A DNA stretch of 64,000 nucleotides from the human T2T-CHM13v2.0 reference genome, Homo sapiens. This document shows positions 41,887-55,944 of this stretch, piece by piece. The notes beneath the pieces were generated by a model. The model did no database searches. It was not told the origin of the DNA and worked only from the letters and a program-made list of their open reading frames with translations. The position numbers were made by a program, and so were the translations under genes. Positions within the stretch are counted from its first letter, which is position 1. Each line of letters starts with the position of its first letter. Location: NCBI RefSeq assembly GCF_009914755.1, contig NC_060929.1, one strand, 5' to 3'.

Positions 41887-43814
41887 GCATCCATTATCAC
41901 TTTAGAATGGAATGGTTTCTCAGAACAGGCAGTTGTCTGTCTCCCAGCAAAGAGCTCCAGAAAACTAGGCCAATGAAAGGGAAATTTGGATGAAGGCAAG
42001 AGAGGTGAGGCACTGGCAGTAAATGTGATGGCAGGCCTGCAAGGGATGCTACAGAAAGAGGTTCCTGGTTTCATGGAATCCAGGTTATTAAAAGAAGAAA
42101 TATTCACAAATGCCAGGAAAGTTAAATTTCATGTCTCTTACAATTTCCCTTCAGATCAGTTCTGCCAAAGATAAAGCGATCTTCACCTCTGTGAAAAACA
42201 GTAATTCCTTTCTCCATGATGTTCATGATTTGGTTGATGGGTTATTGGTTCATCGCTGCAATTATAATTGAAGGACATTGTCTTTGCTGGTTTGGTGAAG
42301 CTTCCAGATGTTATTAGAAGGGGTGTTCCTTTAAGCTCACCCAGCATTCTCTCACTTATAGCTGGGCATTAGCTATACAAGAGCTATTTGGTCTCTGAGA
42401 GCAAAGGTTCAGCCACTAAGGAAGGACCTGGTGTCCAACGTAGGCCTTTAGATTATTTCTGGAGCTTGTCTCCAGGGCCTAAGAGGTGACTCTGGCAGGA
42501 CACCATCTGTTTCAACCCTATTTTTTTTCTTCTTTCTGCCTCGGCAATCCTCTTTTTTTCTTTTTCTTCCTTTGTCTCTTCTCTCCTTTCTAGTGTTCTG
42601 ATGTTTTAGGATCAAAATAATGAAAAAGAATAGAAACCATTTCAACTCAGAAAATAATTCAAAGATGGGAAAAAGGTGTGTACCAAATTCATTGCTCTAA
42701 TCATTTCTGTTCTGATAAAAGGAGTTTACAGCAAAGAAATAACTTTTCTGTGTCTCTGAGGCTTTGGAAAAACAAGGCATCAAGAAGCTTTGGGGTGTGG
42801 TGGGTGTGGTGGGGCAGCCTACTGCTTGTTGAGGTAATGCAAACTAAGGAGAAAGAGGTGTTAGCTTCCTCCGAGGCCAGGGCGTTTTAGGCTGCAGGTA
42901 AACCATGGATGTGGTTCTACAGATGTTGCCACAACAGGAAGACAAAATCTCACAGCTAACAGAGGTCACAGCTTTTGGAAACAGTGGTTGCGACACAGAG
43001 GAAACTCCCCCTCCCAGCCCTACCCCAAGCACATCCTTGCTTCTCTCAGTCACGCCAGTTACACCAACAGGGGCAGCTCTGGGGAGGACATTTGGAAAAT
43101 AGTCAAGAGAGGGTGAAACCGCTGGCATGATGTCACCAACAAGAGGCTACCCCCTGGGGAAACCTAACAGGAAAAAGGTAGTTGAGCCAGGAAAAGCCAC
43201 CAGACCCTTTCTCTTGGCTTGAGGCATCATATACATTTGAATAATAATCAAATTAACAATGTAATATGACTGTTTAGCAACAATGATGTGCTAATCATGG
43301 TTTTACATGGATTATCTTTAGTCATTAAATTCTCTACATCCTAGAGATGCGGAAATTGAGAATGAGAGAGGTTATGAGAGCTTTGAAAGGCCACAGAGCA
43401 TGTGTTGTGGCTGAGATTCAAGCCCAGCTTTACTGATTTTAAAGCTTGTCTTCTCTTTCCCTCCCTTGCTTCCTTTTTTTTTTTCAATTTTCTTTCTTGC
43501 TTCATGTGCTTTTTTTTTAAAGAAATAAAATGTTACCCCCTCATCGATAATCCCTTTGTGTCTCTGCTGTCTGCCCTGTCCCACCCGCCTGCCATCCTTG
43601 CCAGCAGCAGCCTCTCAATTGAGGTTAGAGTTTCTCTCCCACCCTTCATTATGCATGTTCATGGCTATAAACAATCAGTATGCATGTTTTAAAAATTTAC
43701 GTATATGAGAAAGAGCTTAAAGTATTAATTTACGGAGAAAAAAATACAAATGGCTATTAACCATCAGAAAAGATTCATTAAAAAAAGAGTAATAAAAATT
43801 CAAACCACATTGAA

Positions 43815-43953
43815 GCTGGGTGCAGTGGTGCATTCCTGTAGCCCTAGCTACTTAGGAGGCTGAGGTGGGAGGGCGGCTTGAACCCAGGAGTTAGAGGCCA
43901 GCCTGGGTAACACAGTGAGACTCCGTCTCTAAAAAAAAAAAAAAAAAAAAAAA
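43815..43953 (+). mobile_element. FLAM-type Alu monomer
   Basis: Single ~115-bp monomer plus poly(A). Confidence 0.8.
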
Positions 43954-44149
43954 TTCACTAAAAAAACCCCCTTCACATTGAGATAGCATTTCAAAAATCT
44001 GCCAAATCGGTCCATACCCAAGATTTGATAACAGTGTATAGAAGCGGCTGAGGGAAAGACGCACTTAAACTTTGATTGTGGTGAGTAAACTGGTATAATC
44101 TCTGTAGAGGGCAATTTGACAACATATAACAAAAATGCAAATGCACAAA

Positions 44150-44320
44150 TCTAGGTGTGGTGGCTCATGCCTATAGTCCTGGTACTTTTGGGAGGCTGAG
44201 GTGGGAGGATTGATTGAATCCAGGAGTTTGAGCCTGCAATGACCTATGATTGATCCACTGCACTCCAGCCTCGGCAACAGAGTGAGAAACTGCCTCAAAA
44301 AAAAAAAAAAAAAAAAAAAG
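44150..44320 (+). mobile_element. FRAM/Alu monomer
   Basis: Monomer plus poly(A); TSD ~aaatg(g)caaatgcacaaa. Confidence 0.78.
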
Positions 44321-44865
44321 CAAATGGCAAATGCACAAAATTATAAAAGAAATCCCATTTCTTATAATTTATCTATAGATAAGTATATGTTTACACATGT
44401 TCAAAACTGCATGTGTTCAAGGTTATTCATTGCAGTATTGCTTGTAATAAAAAGACCAGAAATAGTTCACATATTCATTAACAGGGAGTGATTAAATAAG
44501 TATGGTGCATCGTTGTAACGGAATCATATGCAGTTGTAAATGAGAATGAAGGCACTCTCTGTACTAATATGGAAAGTTTTCAAATACATGTGAAGTGGAA
44601 AAAAAAGCAAGATGCAGAAGAATATATATAGCATGCTGTATTTTGTGCTAATGAAGGGGAAAATAAGCCTATGTATTAATTTTTTTTTGCATATGCATAA
44701 AGAAACTGAAAGTTTACATGCAAAACCTAATAGCAGTTTTGCATGTGGGATGTGGAAAGAGGGGCGGTATGAGGTATGGGAGAAGATTTTTAAATATATT
44801 TCTTAATTTTTTTTGAGATAGCCCATGTGGATGGACTATGTTACCTATTCCAAAAATTAAATTAA

Positions 44866-45189
<324 letters not shown>

Positions 45190-46137
45190 GTTTATCTTTC
45201 TGAATTTTTATCCGTGTGGTTGTGCCCTTGATTTTTCCATTAATTATGCTGCCTTGAACTGTAGAATTTTACAGCTGGAAAAGCTCTTGGAGAACACCTA
45301 GTTTCCAGCTTTTATATTACAGGAAAGAAAAATGAAGGTGCAGCAGTGGCAAGTAATTACTGAGAGTAGCTCAGCAAGTCAATGGCAGAATTGGGGGTTT
45401 GGCCTCAGACCTGACTCTGATTCAGAGGCTGGGACTGCCTTTCTTCACCCCATCCTCAACCAATGCCAAAGCCATCTGCCGAGTCTTAAGAAGAGATTGG
45501 TAACTTTACATGTTATCCTTTCCTAGGCACATTTGCATTCAAAAACAAAACAAAGATAACAACAGACAACAAAACCCAGTGGTCACTGTTGCAACTGATT
45601 GTTCAGACCTCAGAAGTCAGGGAGATGCTTTGGGATGAGAGATATGGGGTGGGATGGTAATAGTGGTTGGGCCGGTAGTCAAGGACACGGTAAACTTTCT
45701 AATATCTCCATTCTCCTACAAAATACATAAATCAGTTAAAGGAAAAGAAAAAGGCAAATAAAAAACAAAACAACGAGGTTATCACTAGTTCATTCATATA
45801 AAGATTGTTTCTGTTTTCAGCTCAGGAAGAACTAATTTGAATTTTATATTAGTGATGACATTGCTATGAATATTATTAATTTAACTAGATCTTATTAGAC
45901 TTTTTGTTGCCATAGTGACAATACAGGCACTAATAAGCCACAGAGTATGAGACCTCTGCAGGCAGAGTCATCTGGTGTATCTCTCCGCCTACATGCGGAA
46001 CTCCTCTAAGCCGTTCTGACGGGTAAAGACCTTTTAGGATTTATGTTAATAAATAATGCCAGCCCTTCTGGAGTTCTTATAGTCAAGCACCGTGCCAGAA
46101 GTGGCAAGAATACAAAGACTCAGAAGAAATGTACTTC

Positions 46138-46483
46138 TGAGATGGCCAAATTCCTAGGCAGATAAAAAGGGGTCCCCGGAGAATCTCCGACTGGCCTGCT
46201 CACTGGGAGAACGGGGTGGAACCAGGGGGAGTTCACACTCTTTGCAGGAGGGAGGAGTCTGGCCTCTTCAGTTTCTGTGTGGTGGCCTGGTGTTCAGGCT
46301 GTGAGATGGGAGCCCACTGGCAGAATTCCTTCTTGCTTTGCTGAGAGTTTCTTTTTCCTTTTTTCCTTTTTGCCCAACAAATTCCTCTCTAAGCACCCTT
46401 CAGTATGTCCGCGCGCCTCATTCTTCCTGGTTGTGTGACAAGAACCCGGTTTTAGTTGAACTAAGGAGCAAAATTCTGCAACA
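46138..46483 (+). mobile_element. MER61 (A/B-like) solo LTR
   Basis: tgagatggccaaattcctaggcagataaaaaggggtccccggagaatc...ctaaggagcaaaattctgcaaca; 4-bp TSD cttc. Confidence 0.82.
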
Positions 46484-46544
46484 CTTCCACCACAAATTAA
46501 ATAGCATACATGGGTGTTTTCTAAAATTTTATACAAAAATATTT

Positions 46545-46798
46545 CACTTATGTATTATTATTATTATTTTTGAGACAGAAGTCTCACTCTTGTCCCCCAG
46601 GCTGGAGTGCAGTGACGTGATCTCGGCTCCCTGCAACCTCCGCGATACTCCTGCCTCAGCCTCCCGAGTAGCTGGGATTACAGGCGCACACCACCACCCC
46701 CCGATAATTTTTGTATTTTTAGTAGAGAGGGGGTTTCACCATGTTGGCCAGGCTGTTCTCAAACTCCTGACCTCAGGTGATCCGCCACCGTGCCCGGC
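46545..46798 (-). mobile_element. AluS with two internal deletions
   Basis: Antisense Alu, 15-bp TSD tatacaaaaatattt (46530-46544 / 46799-46813). Confidence 0.9.
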
Positions 46799-47177
46799 TA
46801 TACAAAAATATTTTTAACAGTAAAGGAACAGAAACAATGTGTAGAGGCCTCCCTATGCTTGAAATTTTGGTCACATTTGGAATTTTAACTCATAATTTCA
46901 TTCAAAATGTTGGATTCTACTCCATAATATAAATGTGTTTGCTTTAATGTCTATTAAATGTCTACATGTATAGTCTGTTAACTATTTTTTCTTCCTAGTC
47001 TTCTAGTAAAATTGATGCTCCAAGAAGATACACAACGTTGACCATGTGGATTCAGATATCTCCCGCTTGGATCTCAGCCTGGATCTTGTTGTTTGAGAAG
47101 CATAGATTAGCTACAGGTTGGTAAACTTTTTTGTAAGGGCCAGATAGTAAATATTTAAACAGTATAATGAGCCACAC

Positions 47178-48192
47178 TGTTCCCGGACAGAACGAGGTCC
47201 TGCTGTCTGTTCTCGCGGTCCAATAAGGAGATGCAGACAGACTGGGAAAGAAGGGAGTTTATTTCTGCAACTGGTTACAGGGAGAAGGTTGGAGTAACTC
47301 ACCAGACCAACTAAAATTAGAGGTTTTTCTCTAGTGCTTATGTTGCTGGAAGGAGGTCCCAATCCAGACCCCAAGAGAGGGTTCTTGGATTTCATAGAAG
47401 AAAGAATTTGAGGCGAATCCATAGGGTAAAGTGAAAGTAAGTTTATTAAGAAAGTAAAGGAATAAAGAATGGCTACTCCATAAGTAGAACAGCCCCAAGG
47501 GTGGCTGGTTGCCCATTTTTATAGTTATTTCTTGATGACATGCTAAACAAGGGATGGATTACTCATGCCTCCCCATTTTAGACCATGTAGGGTAAAGTCC
47601 TGACATTGCCATGATGTTTGTAAACTGTCATGATGCTGGTGGGAGTGTAGCAGTGAGGACGACCAGAGGTCACTCACATTGCCATCTTGGTTTTGGTGGG
47701 TTTGGGCCGGCTTCTTTACTGCAGACTGTTTTATCGGCAGGGTCTTGATGACCTATATCTTCTGCAGACCTCTTATCTTATCCTGTGACTAAGAATGCCT
47801 TCACCTCCTGGAAAAGCAGCACAGTAGGCCTTACACTTACTTTATCTAGCCCCTATTCAAGATGGAGTTGCTCTGGCTTAAATGCCTCTGATATGCCTAC
47901 ATGTGGGGCCTGGGGTCTGGAAAATTACTTCAGAGGCTTGCAACAATTACTTAATCTAAAGTAGGTCCTGGTACAAGGTGTGCAAGAACACCTCCATTAT
48001 TTTAATTAAACTCTAAGGTCTGAGAAAGCCCAAGTGCGGTCTTAATGGACTTGTTTTCACATTCTAACCTTTGTACTAAGGCACCAGTTTCTCCAGTTCT
48101 TTAATGTTTTACTTATATGTTCATCAGAGTAACAATAAGGTATTGGTGAAGGCTAACTGCTCTGGTGGCTAATGGAGACCTGGCCTGCCACA
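47178..48192 (-). mobile_element. LTR47B-like LTR, split by MER41A
   Basis: Reverse strand tgtggcaggccaggtctccattagc ... ttattggaccgcgagaa..tccgggaaca; TSD acac. Confidence 0.72.
47341..47893 (-). mobile_element. MER41A solo LTR
   Basis: Reverse strand tatcagaggcattt..agagcaactccatcttgaataggggct...ccaagaaccctctcttggggtctgg..agcaaca; lacks the MER41B tandem GAS segment. Confidence 0.88.
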
Positions 48193-48368
48193 ACACTGTT
48201 TCTGTTACATGCCCTCAACCCAGCCATTATAGCAAAAAACGGCCAGAGATAGTATGTAAATGAATTGGCATGGGTGTGTTCCAGTAAAACTTTACTTATA
48301 AAAACAAACAGATTTGGCCAATGGCCTGCATTTGGCCTGTAGGCTGTAGTTTACCAATCCCTGGATTA

Positions 48369-48703
<335 letters not shown>

Positions 48704-49066
48704 AAGGCAAGCTTTTTCAGCTGGAAAAAATAAGGACGAAGAGTGGAAGTGGTAATTCTATTGGTTATTGAAGGCTGCACAGTATTTCAAACAGCAGAGA
48801 GGAAATGTCAGCATTATTGGTAGAGAACCAATATAAGCAAAGGCAAATGTCTTGGGGCTTATATGTAGATGGCAGTGGGGGACAGGGAGGACAGTAATTA
48901 GATCAGTTTGACTGAAGGAAGAAACTCGTGTCAAAGAGAAACATTCTAAATCATCAGGGCTGGAAGAGACTTTGCTGATCATTTGCTTTTCATTGTACAG
49001 ATGGGGAAATTAATGTGGGCGATTTCAGATCTGGAAAGAGAATAAAGAGTGGCATGCCTCGAATAC

Positions 49067-51486
49067 TGTCTTAGTTCGTTTTGTGCTGCTATTACAGCAT
49101 GCCCAAGATGGGTATTTATAATGAACAGAAATGTATTGGCTCTTTCCTGGAGGTCAGGAAGTCCCAGATTGAGGGGTGACATCTGTCAAGGGCCTTTTTG
49201 CTGCATCATCCCAAGGTGCAAGGGCAAAGAGAGGGAGGGAGAGAGAGAAAAGGGGACCAAACTTACCCTTTTATGGCAAACCCACTCCTGTGATAATGGC
49301 ATTAATCTATTCATGAAAGGTGGATCCTCATGGTCCAATCACCTCTCATTAGGCCCTGCCTCCAAATACTGTTGCATTGGAGATTAAGTTTCCAACAAAT
49401 AATTTTGGAGGGCACATTTAGACCATGGCATTCTGTACCTGACCCCCAAAACTCATGTCCTTTTCACATGCAAACTACATTCATTTCATTCCAATAGCCC
49501 CAACATCTTAACTGTTTCAGCACCAATTTAAAAGTTCGAAGTTTAGAGTCTCATTTAAATTAGATATGGGTGAGACTCAAGGCACAATTTATCTTGAGTT
49601 AAAAGCCCTCCAGCTGTCAGCCTGTGAAATCAAACAGATTATCTACTTCCAAAATACATTAGTTGAATGAGCATAAGATAGACATCCCCATTCCAAATGG
49701 AAGAAATAGGAAAGAAGCATGGAGAAACAAGTCCCAGGCAAGTTCAAAACCCAATTAAGATGAATAATACTGAATCCTAAGGCTTAAGAATAATATTTTT
49801 TCACTCAGTGTCCTACCTTTTTGTATAATGGGTTGGGGGTTGGTCCCCTAATGCCTTGGCAACCCTGCCCCTATGGGGGGTTAGGGAGAGCTAGGCCTGT
49901 GCAGCAGCTCTCAGGGGTTGAAATCTCATGCCTGCAGCTCCTCCAGGCTGTTATCTCATGGTGGTGACTCTACAGTTCTGGGGTCTTGGGGGTGGACTTA
50001 CCCTCATGGCTCCACAAGGACTAGTAGGGACTTTCTGCAGCGGCTCTGATCCCAGAGTTCTGCTGGGCATTGCCCTAGTGGGGGCTCTCTGCGGTGACTC
50101 TGCCCATGAGAAAAGTTCTGCCTGGGCCTCCAGGCTGTCTGAGACATCCTTTGAAATCTAGGTAGAAGAAGCGATGTCCCCACAGCTCTTGCATTCTGTG
50201 TACCTGCACACTTAACACCACACGGATACTGCTAAAATTTGCCACTTGGGGTGCTGTGCCAGGATTCAGAGAGCAGAGACTTGACCTGGCCTGGAGCCAA
50301 GGCCCCGTGGATGCCCTAGGCCTTTCTTTTGATGTATTTTCTTTTTCCAGGCGTTGTCATTCTGAGCCTGCAATAGGAAGGTCTGCATCAGTAATCTCTC
50401 ATGTGCCTTTGGGGTCATTCTCCAGTTGTACTGATGAATAACCTCCAGCTTTATTCTATCCATGCTAATCTCCTTATCAAATGGTCCTTTGGGCACATCC
50501 TTGGTTTCCTAAAAATTTTTTTTCTCTCAAAAAAAATCTCTTTTTATTCTCTACTATATAGCCAGTCTGAGAGTCCTCCAAATCTCTATTTCTCTTTTAA
50601 TTTTAAATTCTGTCTTTAAATAATTTCTTTTTCTTGCATTTTACTCTATGCAGTTAAGAGAAGCCATGCTGCTCCTTCAGTATTTTGCTTAGATATTTCT
50701 TCCACCAGACACCCTAGTTCATTGCTCTTAAATTCTGCCTTCTGTAAAGCTCTTGAGCACGCACACAATTCAGCCAAGTTCTTTGCCACTTAACAAGGAT
50801 GGCCATGACTCCAGTTTTCAATAAGGTATTCTTCATTTCCATCTGAGGCCCAATCAGTATGGCCTTTACTGCTCATATTTCTATGAACATTCTGATTATG
50901 ATGGCTTAAGTAAAGTTTCAGACTTCCTCTATAGCTCTCCTCTTCTTTTGAGCCCTTACCAGCATCATCCTCAAAGTCCATTTATAGTAATTTTGGCTTT
51001 TTCTAGCCTGCTCCTCCAAATTCTTTCAGCTTCGTTTAATTACATAGTTGTGAAGCTGCTTCCACATTTTCAGGTATTTGTTGTAGTAACAGCTCCACCT
51101 CTTAGTGCCAATTTTCTTTCTTAGTCTGTTTTGTTCTGCTGTAACAGAATACCACAGACTGGGTAATTTATAATAAACATAAATCTATCAGCTCACACTT
51201 CTGGAGGCTGGAAAGTCCAAGATCGAGGGGCTGCATGTGGTGAGGGTCTTGCTGCATTTTCCTATGGCAGGAGGGCAGAGAGCAAGAGAGAGAAAGAGAG
51301 AGAAAAGGGGACCAAAGGTACTCTTTTATAAGGAACCCACTCCTGCAATAAAGGCATTAATTCATTCACGAGGGTATAGACTTCATGGCCTACTCACCTC
51401 TCATTAAGATCCACCTCCTAACACTGTTGAGTTGGGTATTAAATTTCCAACTCATGCCTTTTGGGGGACACATTCAAACTATAGCA
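49067..51486 (-). mobile_element. Complete MaLR (MSTC/MSTD-like) element: LTR 51117-51486, internal 49431-51116, LTR 49067-49430
   Basis: Two similar LTRs; internal starts gaaaattggcact..aatacctgaaaatgtggaagc on reverse strand; perfect 5-bp TSD aatac (49062-66 / 51487-91). Confidence 0.87.
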
Positions 51487-52524
51487 AATACTAAGTTAAG
51501 GAAGTTTCAGCTCTGTCTGGCAGCCTCATAATATTTCAACGCTTCATCATTTGAATGCTTATTAATTAACCAACTTCCTGTATGCCATGTGATCAGATGT
51601 CACAAGAGGAGTTCCTTTGGGATGAACTTAGTTCTTTGTGCACCATTGTGAAGTAACACTGTAGTGATGGTGACAAGACACATCTGGAGCAGTTACCTAG
51701 ACAAGCACCAAGTATTAGAAGCCTTAGTGTTTCAATTTGCCATCAACTTGCTCTGCAAGCCCAGACCAAACCCTGAGCTTCCCTCTGGCTTTCTCTTTGG
51801 TTAAACAAGAAGCCTTTATCTTCATCTCTCCATCAGAACCAGTGGCCTGCTCCTCTCTCCCTTCTCTGCTTTCATTGTCCACCAACACTGAAGTCATAAA
51901 TGACTAGAGGGAGCTGGAGTGTGAGGGTCCAGAAACTTGTATGATCCAGGTATTCGTTTACTGATTTTTTTTCAAGTAATTAGTGAGCATTTACCATGTA
52001 TGAAGTGCTGAGGATAAATAGTGAGCAAGGCAAGCAGGCTTCTGCCCTCACAAAGCTCATATTCTAGTCCTGCGTATGTGTGTTGGTGGGGGAAATGTAA
52101 ACAATATACAAGTAAACAAACAAATGAAAGAATTTCAGATGGAGATAAGTGCTATGAAGTAGAACAAGGTATTGTGATAGTGACTAGAGCAGTGCCTGTG
52201 GCTAGTCTAGTGAGGGAAGACCTCTTTGAGGAGAGACGTGGATGTTGAGAAGAGCCAAAGAAGAAGCACTCCAGCCAGAGAACCCTGAGTATGCTGTGTT
52301 GGGGATACAGAGAGAAGGCCTGTTGACTGTGGGTTAGTAGTCAAGGGGAAATGCATGGCAGACAAAGAGAAAGAGGTGGACAACACAAAGAAATCAATGA
52401 GTTTTAATCTGGTCAATTGAGTGACTGGACAATTGCTTCTATTTTTAAAAGAGCGTTCAAGCTGTTACCTGTAGAATGGTTTGAAAGGGATAATAGTAGA
52501 AAAGGTAAGACGATAGGCAAGGTT

Positions 52525-52792
52525 GTCAGGCACAGTGGCTTGTGAATATAATCCCAGCTACTTGGGAGGTTGAGGCAGGAGGATCACTTGTATCCAGGAG
52601 TTCAAGATGAGCCTGAGCAACACGGCAAGACTCTGTCTCTTTAAAAACACAAAAAATTAGCCAAATGTGGTGGCATGTGCCTTGAGTCCCAGCTACTCAG
52701 GAAGCTGAGGTGGGAGGATCACTTGAACCTAGGAGTTCAAGGCTTCATTGAGCTATGATCATGCCACTGCACCCCTGCCTGGGTGACAGAGT

Positions 52793-52797
<5 letters not shown>
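52525..52797 (+). mobile_element. AluJ
   Basis: Dimer with J diagnostics; tail replaced by (TA)n. Confidence 0.85.

Positions 52798-52824
<27 letters not shown>
52798..52824. repeat. (TA)n microsatellite
   Basis: 27 bp perfect alternating TA. Confidence 0.95.
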
Positions 52825-53711
52825 GGCTATTTCAGTAGTCCAGGTGGGTGCCAAGATCAAACATCACAGTGGAGACTGAGAGAAGTGGCTGGATTTAGGA
52901 TCTGTTCTGGAAGCAGAAGAAACAGGACCTGTTGAGGGATTGGATGTGATGTCCTTGGTAGCGATGGTAAAAGGAAAGCAGAAATCAAGGATGACTCATT
53001 AAGTTGGAGCTTGAACAACTAGGTCGGTGGCGTGCCTTTTTTTTCTTTTGAGTGGAATGTTGAGAGATGAACAGTTTGAGTGGGAGGTGTGGTAGTCCGT
53101 AGGTCTGTTGTGGGTGTGCTAAATTGGAGATGCCTCTGAGACTCCAGGTAAGGATATGCAGTCGGCATGTGGAAGTACTTTTCTTTGGTGTCTCCAGTCT
53201 TAAAGGATTAGCATTCTCTCTAACACTCATATAATAATCCCAGCCTTGATTTGTTCGACCATGTATTTTATAATATTCCCTCCCCCCTGGAATTTCTGGG
53301 ACTCCTTAGAGATATATTGATTCAATGGGATCCATCCTAGTTTCTGCATTTCACCTCTGCCAGCCATCCTGCCCCCACCTCTGTTCAACCCCTTGCCACT
53401 ACCTGGCTCCCTCTGCCCACCTACTTGGCCCCACATGGTCATCTTTAAGGGACTGATATATGCTGTCAAATTAGTCTTCCCAGAGATTAAGCCATTTGCA
53501 TTCCCATTAGCAGGGCAGGATTTGTCCATTTCCCCACATTTTCACCAATATCAGGCACTAGCCAGTTAGATAGATGGTAACACATTTCAATTTGCATTGC
53601 AAAGATATGCTCCTGAACAGCAGAGTATTCTATGTCTGTAAATAGAAACACAGAATCAATTCAAGTGCCCAGAAACCACATGCAATTATTAGGGAATTTC
53701 AGGATGCAGAT

Positions 53712-53920
53712 GATAACAACAGTTAACATTTGTTGAGATCTCGTTATGTGCCGGGCACTGTACTAAAGCACTCTGCAGGTATTATTACAACGTCTTGATA
53801 GGGTGGATGTTATGATCAGCCTTCATTTTCTAGATGTGGAAACTGAGGCAAAGGGAAATTAAGTCATTTGTTCAAGGGGCAGAGCTGGAATTCAGATCCC
53901 AGGTCTGTCAAAGCCTAATC
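53712..53920 (-). mobile_element. MIR
   Basis: taacatttgttgag..tatgtgccgggcactgtactaaagcact..tagatgtggaaactgaggc. Confidence 0.8.
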
Positions 53921-55944
53921 CCAGCCAGCCTTCCTTCTGTTGCTCCAACGGGGAGTCCTACTCAAAACTGTTCCTGGTCCTGTGTGACAGCATTGATAAG
54001 ACTCCTGGAAATTTTTGTTACTTCCTAGCCTCCACTTTCTACCTTCCCATTTTCTCCTAATTTTCTCAATCTTTGTTGGGGTTTTCTCCTTCTTGACACC
54101 TGGCCAATATAATCCTGCAGGATCCTCACTCAACAAAACATCCCAGTCATGAGTGGGGCAGGTAAGGAAAGCCTCCCGCAGGTTTACAGGGTTGGGAGGG
54201 GACTCCCTGGCAGGTAGACCGCCATCTCCTCCACCTCGCTTTCCTACTCACAGGAGTGAGGTAAACTTTGTTCTTTCCTGATAATAATAATGAGATAAAG
54301 TATATTGAGGGCCTACTGTTTGTGCATGCACTGTTTTAAGTACTACAACTACCCAATGGGGTACTCACCATGATAGAAATTTTATGTGCATATTGTAAAA
54401 AATGTGAATAATAGAGTATCTAAAGACTGCCACTGCTAAGATATTGGTGTATTCCCTTCCAGTATTTTTGCCTAACATAAGTATTTTTAATATTTTTCTA
54501 GAATGCCATGTCATACATCCAATAAAATTCAACTCTGCAAGCATGAGAGAGAAGAGGAAGGAAAAGAGAGAATCTGAAGTGTGAGTGATTCTGTTTACCA
54601 TTCCACAGAGTAAGTGGCTGCCTGGGAGTGTGTGTGAGATGGGAGTGGGAGAGAATCTTCTGTTCTTCCCTTGGACCTCAGTTCCACGGAGCTTTTCAGC
54701 GTGTAAAACATCTTACCATGGACATTCTGGGTTTCGGTTTAAAAAGATGTATTTTTGGTTTGACACAGTCTCTCACTGAAACCAGCTGCTTCAGCTGACA
54801 GTCAAACTAAGAGTCAAGGATTAACTGTACAGTTAGGGACACAGCAGCCATGGCAAAACTTACTGAGAAATGGCCATCTCCCATGTAGCATTCTGCTAAG
54901 GGATTTCAAGGGCATTTTGACTTTTGACTTTTTTACCTGGCACGCTGACTTGGCGAGCTAACCCCTGTGCAAGATGCCACTCAAGAAGCCACTCCGTTGT
55001 TTATAATTAAGACAGCAGGTGAGGTGGCCCTGTACTTTGAGATTTAAACAATAGTGACTTAAGCTCTTTCTCCTGTTTTCTGTAGGAAGTCCAGCATGCT
55101 TACTGAGACTCCCTCCATCCCTGGGGCTGACAGTCCCGTGGGTTTGTTCTGGCTCTAGGTGTCCACCCCCGAGGAGCTCTGAATTCACAGTGTCGCATGA
55201 AGGGACAGCACCCTGCTCTCCCTGTGCAAGGCACTGAGCTTCATGTCAAACTTGGCCTCTGTGTTTTGTTCCCACCAGGCCCTTCTCCCAAGAAATGTAC
55301 ACGTAGCAAACTTTACTCAAAGTGTGAGGACTCAGGAGGGATTTTAAAAAATCATAAAAATGCCGAGTTTAAAATTAGATCGTATTAGTGTTGTTTTCCT
55401 TAGAAGGAAGAAAAAAAGTTTAAAAATTAAAAAAAGAGATAAAATTAGATCTTATATATCTCTCTCCTGGAAAGTTCCTTAACAGCCTTGCTGTAGGGGA
55501 AATGTCTTTCTCACCGAACACTTTTCTTGGAAGATTCCGGCCTTCCACCTTGTTGTTTGCCTTCTCTGTCTGTAAAACATTCAAATTATCTCATTTATCC
55601 TAGAAGGCAGTTTAGCTCTACAGCCCCTACACAGTCCTAGACCTCCTTTCTGTATCTACTATTAAGTACCATTCACACCAAGGGTCACCTACTCTGAGTT
55701 TCAATCATTATTAATAAAGAAGGGAAAGTGGAGGCTTTGAAATTCCCATATTTTCTTCATGTCTCTCCACCAGTCTTTGTAAGTGAAATAGAGGCTGATA
55801 GAGATTTACTTTCTCATTGATATTAACTATGCTTCTCCTCTTAGAAGACAGAGGCATCTGTAGTCAGTGTCAAATATTTCCCACCCTACCATATATATAT
55901 ATGAAATACATGGATTATGTTCTATGGACAATTGGGTATCTTGT

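Larger units (their letters stand above)
47113..48363 (+). mobile_element. MER58A hAT-type DNA element, split by LTRs
   Basis: caggttggtaaactt..taagggccagatagtaaatattt ... gtgttccagtaaaactttacttat..ctgtagtttaccaatccctg. Confidence 0.8.
51950..53170 (-). mobile_element. L2, split by AluJ
   Basis: ttagtgagcatttaccatgtatg..agatggagataagtgctatgaag..aaatcaaggatgactc. Confidence 0.78.

Noticed and set aside
46138-46483. p53-responsive MER61 LTR
   Set aside because: No paired RRRCWWGYYY half-sites are visible; the sequence resembles the A/B subfamilies rather than the p53-site-bearing ones.
47341-47893. MER41 interferon-gamma/STAT1-inducible enhancer
   Set aside because: The copy is MER41A-type. 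The segment with tandem TTCNNNGAA sites found in MER41B is absent (reverse strand runs ggtctaaaatggggagg straight into catgagtaatcc).
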